DNA from: a virus
Virus genome (UHGV): UHGV-0334900
Direction: 5' to 3' (one strand)
Length of the DNA stretch: 33,936 bases
Under the pieces are notes generated by a model. The model worked only from the letters and a program-made list of their open reading frames with translations, had not been told where the DNA came from and ran no database searches. Position numbers and translations under genes: made by a program. Positions within the stretch are counted from its first letter, which is position 1. Every line of letters begins with the position of its first letter. Positions 25,220 to 32,493 of this stretch are shown piece by piece.

Positions 25220-25692
25220 CGGTAGGTGCTTCGCATGGGGTTGAACCAGGGGCGGCGCGTGTAGCGCGGCATCATGTAGGCGGGATCCGCGGGCGCGGAT
25301 CCGTCCACGCTTTCCGGCAGCATGTCCCCTTTGGCGTAGAGCGCCAGCATCGCGTCCGCCGATTCGGCGGCCTTCTGGCGCGTCTCGGTCAGGTTGAGCT
25401 GGTAGCGCAGGTAGAGCTGCCGGATAATCAGCGGCCATGCCAGGGACCGCATGCTTTGCGGAATGTCGTACATGCCGCTGTTTTGTAGGGATTGCCGCAG
25501 GGCGAGGTTGTTGGCCAGCGCCCCGCGGATGGTCATGCAGACATCGTTGACCGCCTCCATCATGACGTCCCGGTAGTCCAGGCTGCGCTGCTCCCCGGCG
25601 GTCACCAGGGCGGCGCGTTCGGCGGTGTTGAGGCCGAGCAGCCGATCGGCTTCGTCGGTGGAAATCGTGGACCAGGCAGGAAAGGCGGACAT
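25216..25692 (-). CDS. DUF1320 / Mu gp36-like head-tail connector protein
   Basis: 158 aa, helical. LAWPLIIRQLYLRYQL and the N-terminal ADRLLGLNTAERAALVTAGEQRSLDYRDVMMEAV resemble the gp36/DUF1320 family. Immediately downstream of the capsid gene. Confidence 0.45.
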   Translation of the reverse strand: MSAFPAWSTISTDEADRLLGLNTAERAALVTAGEQRSLDYRDVMMEAVNDVCMTIRGALANNLALRQSLQNSGMYDIPQSMRSLAWPLIIRQLYLRYQLNLTETRQKAAESADAMLALYAKGDMLPESVDGSAPADPAYMMPRYTRRPWFNPMRSTYR

Positions 25693-25711
25693 GATGGAGG
25701 CGGGGTTGGGG

Positions 25712-26452
25712 TTAATCGCCGGTGGCCGTCGCGTCGATGCGGACGATGGCGCCGGGGTTGGTCAGCTTGGTCAGCGAGTAGACGCGGTTGGTGACGAGCG
25801 TCAAGGCCGGCGTCGGCTTGTATTCGGTGATGACTTCTCGGCGAAGCTTGCCGGAAAGCCCGAAGGTTTTGACGGCGGAGGCATCGAACTGCGTCGGGGA
25901 GTCTTCTTTGTACAGGACGTAGACTTCGTTTTCCATGATCGTCTTCGCGTCGCCGGAAGCGTCGCGGTACGGCATGGACGCGATGTAAATATCCCGGATA
26001 GGACGGATCAGAGCCATGCGAAGAAGGTCTTCGTTGAACAGGCCGACGCTGTTGAAGGAAACCACCTGACGCGCGAGCGTGTTGGAGCGAAGCAGCTGCC
26101 ATGCGTTGATGCCGAAGACAATCGTGTTCGGCATGTGTCCGGTTGCGGCATTGATGGACAGGATCGCCTGGTCCAGATCCGCCAACGGGTTTTTCTGCTG
26201 GTTGGCCCAGTCGCCCATCCCGGAAGCGGCCGGAAGCTGGCTCATCAGAAGCTTGGCGCGTTCGTATTCGTACGACGTCACAAACTGGGATTCGATGAGT
26301 TTGTATTCCGCCAGGGTGATGGCCTGCGCCTTTTCCCGGTTGACGCCCAGCAAGGCGTCAGGGATGGGCAGCGTCAAGCCGTAGCCCTGAAGGGTGTCGG
26401 TTTCGTTTCTGCCGCGAAGGACGGTCTGGCGGGGAGGTTCGCCCGGTCCCAC
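25712..26452 (-). CDS. Major capsid protein (possibly longer; its frame is open 73 codons upstream of the GTG start)
   Basis: Position after the protease/scaffold and decoration genes, size and beta-rich composition. 246 aa from GTG at 26452. The same frame has no stop back to the TAA at about 26656 and no canonical start in that stretch. Confidence 0.55.
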   Translation of the reverse strand: MGPGEPPRQTVLRGRNETDTLQGYGLTLPIPDALLGVNREKAQAITLAEYKLIESQFVTSYEYERAKLLMSQLPAASGMGDWANQQKNPLADLDQAILSINAATGHMPNTIVFGINAWQLLRSNTLARQVVSFNSVGLFNEDLLRMALIRPIRDIYIASMPYRDASGDAKTIMENEVYVLYKEDSPTQFDASAVKTFGLSGKLRREVITEYKPTPALTLVTNRVYSLTKLTNPGAIVRIDATATGD

Positions 26453-26672
26453 CTGGATGGGCTGGACGGTGAAGGCCGATTCCGTGTCCCAGACCTTGTA
26501 CTGGAAATTCAGGTCATAGACCGGGACGATCGGAGCGATGCGGCTGATGATGGAGTTCTCTTCGGTGTTCCCGGACCCCGCGGAATAGGAGGTCAGGACA
26601 TCGGTGAACTGAACGGCGGAGCAAAATGGAGTAGCCCTTGTTCTTGGTCTTTCTGTTGGTTAGGGTTAATAG

Positions 26673-27104
26673 TTAGGCTGCGGCAACCTGGTAGGACGGG
26701 ACGAATCCGATTTCCACAAGGCCCTTTTCCCACTTGGCATGAATAACGCGGGCATAGACGGTTTCTCCGCTGGCGGCGGCCTTCCATGTCCCGTTGGCCG
26801 TGATGGTGACGGGCGTTCCGGAGTTGATGGTTCCGGGCGTGTCGGATAGAGCCACCTTGATGAGGCCGGCATACATGCCGACGAGCGCGGCGACGCAGGT
26901 CCCCTTGTTGGGCTGTCCCTGCAGGACGACGCCGAGCAGCTGCTCCTGCGTGGGGATAGCGGACAACGGAGTTCCGACAAATTCAGGGATGTCGGGATTT
27001 GCGGTCAGCGCCACGACGGTTCCTTCCTGTCCGCACAGGTCAACGCCTTCCGGGGCGTTGAAATAGACGATGGCGCTTTTCTGGGTTACGTTGAGTGATG
27101 GCAT
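26673..27104 (-). CDS. Head decoration / cement-like protein
   Basis: 143 aa, Gly/Thr/Val-rich beta protein encoded between the protease/scaffold and the MCP, as lambda D-like or DUF2190 proteins are. Confidence 0.35.
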   Translation of the reverse strand: MPSLNVTQKSAIVYFNAPEGVDLCGQEGTVVALTANPDIPEFVGTPLSAIPTQEQLLGVVLQGQPNKGTCVAALVGMYAGLIKVALSDTPGTINSGTPVTITANGTWKAAASGETVYARVIHAKWEKGLVEIGFVPSYQVAAA

Positions 27105-27126
27105 TGGGTTTGATCAGGTTGAATAA

Positions 27127-28239
27127 TTAACGTTGGGCGGAGACGATGAAGCCCTCTTCGGTCGCCTTCTGGTAGGCGTCATAGCGCTTCATGCCTTCCT
27201 TGATGAGTTCGTTCACACGGTTGTTGAATCCGTCAATGGATTCCTTCTTGCGGAACGGATCAGGGGGATTCAGCGTCGCGCGGCGGTTCAGAGGCGTCCT
27301 TTGCGGAAGCTTCTTCTGCTCCGGCTGCTCCTGTTTCTGCGGGCCCGCCTGGCGGTTGAGCGCGCGGATAAAGGCGTTCAGCGCGGCGGGGCTTTCCCGG
27401 AGAGAGTTTTTCAGCTCTTCCCGGCGTTCTTCCGTGAATTCCTCGCGTTCTTCCTCGTCCAGCGCGTTTTCGTACGTGCTGACGGCGTCGTCCACTTCGG
27501 CGTTCACGTGGTCTTTCTCACGCTTTTCCAGCGAGAGCAATTCATCAAGTCGTCCGAGGATCGCCCTGCTCATGTCGTCGGTGCCGTCAAATTCGACATC
27601 CAGCTTGTCAAGCAGGGAATCGAACAGGGCCCGCTGGGCCTTGTCCATTTCCTTGGACGGATATTCTCTATCGTCGTTGTCCATATTGGTGTTCTGGGTT
27701 GTTTCCCCCTCTTCGGGGCTTTTGGGTTCGCCCCCGACCTCGTCGGAGGCGGGGGAAGTCTGTCGGTTGACCAGAGGCCGCTTTCCCTTGATGCGTGGAC
27801 GGTTGGTCAGGGCAAAGCCGGTCAGGCGTGACGGTCGGTAAACTCCGTCCGTCAAGGTCATCCCTTCGCCATATTCGGTGGATGATTGCGTGTATTCCTT
27901 GTCCTGCAGCATCTTTAGGCCGCGCGGCGTCCATTCAATGAACCCGTAGAGTTCTAGCGTGCCGGAAGGGTCGCGGTAGGTGTCCAGCCTCTTGAGCCAT
28001 CCGAGGGCCCGAGTGTCGCGGGAAAGGTCGTGGCTCAGGTGGTCGCCGTCGATGAGCATCCCTGGGCCGTCAAAGGTGCGGTCGTTGAAGTCGTCCACCA
28101 TGTCCTGGACGGCCTGCTCGTCGATGCGCAGCACGGCGGGTCCTTCGCCGTAGTCGACGTCATGGTCTCCGCTCTTCTCGACGTGGAACCAGCCGTTGGC
28201 GGGTCGGGACAGGTCATTGATTTGTTTCGTACTGATCAT
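27127..28239 (-). CDS. Mu gpI-like prohead protease fused to scaffold
   Basis: N-terminal ANGWFHV...LIDGDHLSH...RALGWLKRLDTYRDPSGTLELYGFIEWTPRG matches the Mu-like prophage I protein (protease) pattern. The C-terminal 200 aa is a highly charged coiled coil (EEEREEFTEERREELK) typical of scaffolds. Confidence 0.65.
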   Translation of the reverse strand: MISTKQINDLSRPANGWFHVEKSGDHDVDYGEGPAVLRIDEQAVQDMVDDFNDRTFDGPGMLIDGDHLSHDLSRDTRALGWLKRLDTYRDPSGTLELYGFIEWTPRGLKMLQDKEYTQSSTEYGEGMTLTDGVYRPSRLTGFALTNRPRIKGKRPLVNRQTSPASDEVGGEPKSPEEGETTQNTNMDNDDREYPSKEMDKAQRALFDSLLDKLDVEFDGTDDMSRAILGRLDELLSLEKREKDHVNAEVDDAVSTYENALDEEEREEFTEERREELKNSLRESPAALNAFIRALNRQAGPQKQEQPEQKKLPQRTPLNRRATLNPPDPFRKKESIDGFNNRVNELIKEGMKRYDAYQKATEEGFIVSAQR

Positions 28240-29662
28240 CGGTAAATCCTTTCATGAGGCCGGCGTAAATCATTTGCTGCAGCTGTTCATAGGCATCGGG
28301 CGGAATGAGGGCTTTTTCCGGCTCCCTGTTGGCCGCCGCCGTCACCGGAATGGGGTCCCGCGTGTCCTCGATCGACATGCCGATCTTTTCTTCGATTTCG
28401 GTCTTCTCGGGGCGGACGCCTCCGTCGGCAAGCGCGGCGATTTCCTCGGCCTTCTGCAGCGGCGTCTGGACGGTGTCAAAGGTGATGTGGAGGCGGGCCA
28501 GCGGTTCGCCGTCTCCCAGGACAAGCGGGCTGATGGCGGTGTTAAAAGCTTCGGCTACTTTGGAGCAGACCGCGGAGACGACCGAATTCCAGCTGTCCGT
28601 GTGCGCTCCCCCGGCCAGCGTGCCGGAGCCTGATTCATTCAGGACGGTCAGAGTGCCGGCCATGACAAACCGCACCTGGTCCTTGTCGGACATGTTGATT
28701 CGGGACAGGAAATAGTTTTCGTTGATGTTGGAGGCTTTCAACGGTTCTGCAGTGCAGCCGGGAGGCAGCACGATGGAGGCTCCCGATTTGAGTTCCTCGC
28801 ACGCTCGTTGCAGCGCGACCATGATGTCGGGGCTCGCGTCCTTCGGAGCCGTGATGATGGCCGGGGCGCTCCCGTAGCGGTCCATGTGATTGTCCCAGGT
28901 GACTTTGGCGTGATTCCGCTCAAAAGAGGCGCGGGTTGCCGGGAAAAGAATGGGGTTCCGGTGCTCCATGACCACGAGCGTTTCATCTTCCACGCTTTCG
29001 CCGGTGTCGACGCCGATGTAACATTGAGGGTTAAACTGCCATTCGTTCAACTCTCCGGGGCGGACCCAATAGCGTTGGGGGATGAATTCAAAGCGGCGGC
29101 CCCAGGCGTCCTCAATGTATTGGAGGTGGGCGTAACCGTAAAACATGGCGGAAGCCAGCTGCCCAAAGGCCTGCTGAAGTCCGGTGACGGAGTGATAGAA
29201 TTCTTCCAGCGCGTTTTGCTGACGCTGGGCTTCGGGGCTGTCGTCCGCCGCGTCAATCTTCCAGCCCTGCATGGAGACGCTTTCGATAAGCCGGGAATAG
29301 AGCATGCCCAGGAGACCGTCCGAGTAGATGACCTCGTCCCAGATGAGCATTTGTCGGGCAAAAGCTCCCCGCCGCGCTTCGTTCCGGGCGTCAATCAGGG
29401 TTTGCAGGTCGGCTCCCTGTAACGGATCCCAATATTCAAACCATTGGGGCTGGTTGGGCTTCCTGCTCTGTTCCGTCAAGGCTCGCCGGGTGAGTTCCGT
29501 TTCAAGCTCCTTGATTCTGGTCTCCTGTTGGGCGACCAGCTTCGGGGCGTTGAGGATATTTTTGACGGCGTTAAACCTGAGGCTAAAGAAAAGGTGGTTG
29601 CAGGGGAAGGAGTTGGACCTTCGATTCAGGGACAGGAACCCCGCGTGATACCGTTTCACCAC
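28214..29662 (-). CDS. Portal protein (Mu gp29/DUF935-like)
   Basis: 482 aa between TerL and the protease/scaffold. Overall resemblance to DUF935 portals. The N-terminal 30 aa are low-complexity and the true start is uncertain. Confidence 0.6.
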   Translation of the reverse strand: MVKRYHAGFLSLNRRSNSFPCNHLFFSLRFNAVKNILNAPKLVAQQETRIKELETELTRRALTEQSRKPNQPQWFEYWDPLQGADLQTLIDARNEARRGAFARQMLIWDEVIYSDGLLGMLYSRLIESVSMQGWKIDAADDSPEAQRQQNALEEFYHSVTGLQQAFGQLASAMFYGYAHLQYIEDAWGRRFEFIPQRYWVRPGELNEWQFNPQCYIGVDTGESVEDETLVVMEHRNPILFPATRASFERNHAKVTWDNHMDRYGSAPAIITAPKDASPDIMVALQRACEELKSGASIVLPPGCTAEPLKASNINENYFLSRINMSDKDQVRFVMAGTLTVLNESGSGTLAGGAHTDSWNSVVSAVCSKVAEAFNTAISPLVLGDGEPLARLHITFDTVQTPLQKAEEIAALADGGVRPEKTEIEEKIGMSIEDTRDPIPVTAAANREPEKALIPPDAYEQLQQMIYAGLMKGFTDDQYETNQ

Positions 29663-29715
29663 CCTGCGATTAATTACATATCTTCATATATTGATACGTT
29701 GATATATTGTCAACC

Positions 29716-31062
29716 CTAATATCTCCCGTAAGCGCGTTTTGATGACACGGGCCGGGCGTACCAGGCTCCCAGCGTCCGCGCCAGTCCGCTGTTCCGGCGC
29801 GCGTGCCAGGCCATCACAAGGGCGTCGGCCCGGTCAGGGGAACGAACGCCCCGCTTTGCCATATCTTCCTTGCTTTCAATGCGGACGCGGCCTATTGCAT
29901 CCGTCTGGAGCCGCGGCGCGACCAGCTGTTCAATCGTGTCCTCGTCAATGTCGAGGATGAGTTCTTTTTCCTCAATGGCGCGCGCCAGGGCCCGCCATGC
30001 CTGGGCTCGCAGATTGACAAAGGCTTGTGTGTCATCCGCCGGAAACCCGCCGCGGTAGGAGTGCACCGGAAAGCCCTCGGCGCGGAAGTCATCAATGATG
30101 GGGAGCCCTAGGCCGTCGCCGTCGGCAAAGATGCGGTCGGCAGAGATGCCGAGTTCGGCGGCCTTCCGGCGGAAACGTCCGCGCGCTCCTACGGTGTCCG
30201 GGTCGGACCAGTGGTCGGCGATGAAAAAACGGTTGCCCTGCCCGGCCGCAAAGACGTTTTCATCGCCTCCCGCGGCAAAGTCGAAGCCGCCGCAGGTCTC
30301 TCCGGTGTCCAGGAAGGGAGGCGGGTTGTTGACCAGCTCCATGAGAGCGCGGCGGGAAATGACGGATTGTCCGTCAAGGTCGGTGAATTCACCAAGGATG
30401 GCCGAGCGGTAGAAGGAGGACTGCTCACCATATTCTTTCTTCAGGCGTTCGGCCTTGCCCGGGTCGTTGATTTCGATGTGCGGGCAATCCTCGTATTTGA
30501 CGCGGATTTTGTAGTAGAGCGATGAATTTTTGTGAAAGCAGTCGTAGAAGGTGCCGGAATCGGCGCCCGGCGACGAGGTGATGAACGCGTGAAAGAGCGT
30601 GCAGCGGGAAACGGCGGTGAAGATGGAGTCCGGAATGGTTTTGGCCTCGTCCAGGACGTAAAAGACAGGATCCACGTCGGGCGAGATTTTTGGATGCCAT
30701 CCTTCCGCACGTCCCGCGTTGTCGGTGGAGAAACCCACGGCAAAGCCTCCCTCCGGCGTGCGGATCTCCGTCTTGTTGAAGGTCCAGCCGGAAAAGAAAG
30801 GATTGTCCATGTAGCGGCGGAGCGCGGGAAAGAGCTGCTTTTCCACCTGCATCCACGATGAGGACGTAACGGGGACCTGTCCCCGCGGAAAACAGGTGAG
30901 AAAGTACAGGATGGCGGGAGCGATGCAGTTGCTTGTCTTGCCGGATCCGTTAGGAGCGACCAGAGCCACGCTTTTCCCTCCCAGGGTCAGCTTGCCCAGG
31001 GACAACGCCTTGATGGCCTCCACCTGCCATGGATAGGGGTCAAGGCGGAGGATATGGCGCAA
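29716..31062 (-). CDS. terL: Terminase large subunit
   Basis: Walker A VALVAPNGSGKT. Walker B/catalytic VFYVLDEA. A C-terminal RNaseH-like nuclease region with conserved Asp residues. 448 aa. Confidence 0.85.
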   Translation of the reverse strand: MRHILRLDPYPWQVEAIKALSLGKLTLGGKSVALVAPNGSGKTSNCIAPAILYFLTCFPRGQVPVTSSSWMQVEKQLFPALRRYMDNPFFSGWTFNKTEIRTPEGGFAVGFSTDNAGRAEGWHPKISPDVDPVFYVLDEAKTIPDSIFTAVSRCTLFHAFITSSPGADSGTFYDCFHKNSSLYYKIRVKYEDCPHIEINDPGKAERLKKEYGEQSSFYRSAILGEFTDLDGQSVISRRALMELVNNPPPFLDTGETCGGFDFAAGGDENVFAAGQGNRFFIADHWSDPDTVGARGRFRRKAAELGISADRIFADGDGLGLPIIDDFRAEGFPVHSYRGGFPADDTQAFVNLRAQAWRALARAIEEKELILDIDEDTIEQLVAPRLQTDAIGRVRIESKEDMAKRGVRSPDRADALVMAWHARRNSGLARTLGAWYARPVSSKRAYGRY

Positions 31063-31095
31063 GAAGAAGCTGACGGGGATTCGTGTCCTGACGGG

Positions 31096-31611
31096 TTAGG
31101 GATGGAGTTTGCCGGCGATGGTTTCCAGAGCGGTTTTCTCGTCTTCCTGCAGCTGGGCGAGCTGCTCAGGGTCCAGCGTGATTTTCCGTTCCAGCGGCGC
31201 TCCGGGAACGCCGGCGACGTCCTGACGGACCCGGTCTCCGAATTTATCAGGAGCGAAGCGGGCGGCGACTTTCAGCCGGGTTTCAATGGCGAGCTTCTTC
31301 GCGGCGACGGAGGCGGAGCCGCATTCCGGGTCAAGGGCGACTTTCGCGGCTTCGTCGGCCAGCTCCTGGCAGGCGTCAATCATAGCTTCCGACTGCGCTT
31401 CCCGCGCGCGTTGAATGAGTTTGGAAAACTCCGGCTTTGTTTCACGCCAGTTCCAGACCGTCCAGACCTCCGGCATGTGGTCATCGGAGCAGATGGATTT
31501 CATGGTTTCACCGTCGGCCAGGCGGGAGGCTATCTCGGCAGCCAGTTCCTCTGTGTAGAGGCTCGGCCGCCCCGGTTTTCTTTTGGTGGTAGGTTTATTT
31601 TTCCTGCGGTT
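31096..31611 (-). CDS. terS: Terminase small subunit. The conserved N-terminus lies upstream of the first ATG (31503) without a canonical in-frame start
   Basis: KRKPGRPSLYTEELAAEIASRLADGETMKSICSDDHMPEVWTVWNW...AREAQSEAMIDA...RLKVAARFAPDKFGDR matches a widespread TerS family (GRP.kYTpEl...Ic.rla.GeslrsIc.d..mP..stvf.W...ArEaqAdalade). The GRP..YT block is encoded at 31578-31560, 5' of the ATG. Confidence 0.6.
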   Translation of the reverse strand, partial: NRRKNKPTTKRKPGRPSLYTEELAAEIASRLADGETMKSICSDDHMPEVWTVWNWRETKPEFSKLIQRAREAQSEAMIDACQELADEAAKVALDPECGSASVAAKKLAIETRLKVAARFAPDKFGDRVRQDVAGVPGAPLERKITLDPEQLAQLQEDEKTALETIAGKLHP

Positions 31612-31674
31612 CTATCATAGGAGATAACGGATATTCAAATCAAGCGCGTTGTTTGTTCTTGATTCGGGGCGCGT

Positions 31675-32211
31675 GTGTCCCAAACTTTGGTCGAGATGAA
31701 ACAATGTCCCATCTGCGGAAAGGATGTTCCTCCGCGCGCGGGCAAGCGCGACAGCGTGTACTGTTCCCGGGCCTGCCTCCAGGCTCACTATGCGGAGGCC
31801 TGGGAAACGCTCACATGCCCTGTGTGCGGGAACGTATTCCGGGCCCAAAAACTGTGGCGCCGTCAATACTGCTCTGCGGAGTGCGCCAACCGCGCCCAGC
31901 GAGGGAGGAAAATCACGTCCGCAGCGTTTTTGGAGGCCTGCCGTCATCGTGGCGTTTGGGGACCTCGCAAGCATCCGAGGACCGGGAAATTTGAGACGAA
32001 TTGCCACGCCAAAGTCTGGCGGGTGGAGTCGCCGGAAGGAGAAGAGGTAACGGCACGCAATCTCAAGCTGTACATGGTCACCCGTTTTGGCGAAACCGAA
32101 GGCAAAAAGATTTATAAACTCTTGACCTGCGCCGCCTCCCGTTTCCGCAAATCGGGAAGAGGCACGGGGGCCGGATGGCGGATCCTGGAGGCTCCATCCG
32201 TCCCGGAATAA
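31675..32211 (+). CDS. Tandem zinc-ribbon protein (two CPxCG-x(10-13)-YCSxxC modules) with a His/Cys-containing C-terminal domain
   Basis: CPICGKDVPPRAGKRDSVYCSRAC and CPVCGNVFRAQKLWRRQYCSAEC, then CRHRGVWGPRKHPRTGKFETNCHAKVW (a possible HNH-like or zinc-knuckle region). Plus strand, opposite to the flanking phage operons. Confidence 0.45.
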   Translation: MSQTLVEMKQCPICGKDVPPRAGKRDSVYCSRACLQAHYAEAWETLTCPVCGNVFRAQKLWRRQYCSAECANRAQRGRKITSAAFLEACRHRGVWGPRKHPRTGKFETNCHAKVWRVESPEGEEVTARNLKLYMVTRFGETEGKKIYKLLTCAASRFRKSGRGTGAGWRILEAPSVPE

Positions 32212-32250
32212 AAAAGGGGCGGCTTCGAAAAAAACCGCCCCTTTTTAAGG
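32209..32250. terminator. Strong bidirectional rho-independent terminator
   Basis: AAAAAA-GGGGCGG-cttcgaaaaaaa-CCGCCCC-TTTTT. A-run before and T-run after a 7-bp GC stem. Overlaps the TAA of the zinc-ribbon gene. Confidence 0.7.
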
Positions 32251-32394
32251 GAAATGGGCGTTGCCGCCCGGATGATCTTGCGATCGTTTTAATCCACAGC
32301 CCCGAAGGGCTGAACGTTCAGAAAGAACGCCTCCTCCTATCATTTTTTGATGGAGGACGACAACGAAAAAAATCTTCTTTTTTCATTTTTTCTC

Positions 32395-32423
32395 TTGCAA
32401 TACTAAACAATGTTTAGTATATT
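32395..32423 (+). promoter_or_regulatory. Sigma70-type promoter (-35 TTGCAA, 17-bp spacer, -10 TATATT) with an embedded perfect 19-bp palindromic operator
   Basis: TTGCAA at 32395-32400. TATATT at 32418-32423. The palindrome TACTAAACA-A-TGTTTAGTA at 32401-32419 fills the spacer and overlaps the -10. Preceded by an A/T-rich UP-like tract. Confidence 0.55.
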
Positions 32424-32493
32424 GACCTTGTTGACGGGAGGTAAGGGACCGAACGAAGACACAATCCAAAACCAAATCAGAAAGAACAAGACA

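Noticed and set aside
24083-25438. Track N-terminal extensions of 24083..25438 and 22900..23535
   Set aside because: The extensions overlap the upstream CDSs by 70-220 nt and are Arg/Pro/Gly-rich. Internal ATGs at 25219 and 23430 form ATGA stop-start overlaps with the upstream genes, like other junctions in this operon, and were preferred.
25625-26746. Plus-strand ORFs 25625..26746, 27133..27831, 27191..27841, 28808..29422 and 30532..30861, antisense to head genes
   Set aside because: They are all antisense to motif-supported capsid, protease, portal and terminase CDSs and have low-complexity translations.
31615-32007. Minus-strand ORF 31615..32007 and plus-strand ORFs 31653..31994 and 31724..32050
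   Set aside because: They overlap the zinc-ribbon CDS, which has a clear repeated CPxCG/YCSxxC architecture. They have no motifs.
32410-32493. Track start codon of the pentapeptide gene at 32410
   Set aside because: This ATG lies inside the palindromic operator and the -10 box, so it would be upstream of the transcript start. The family-typical N-terminus begins at ATG 32494 (MTKNELTEILQLHEMWL).
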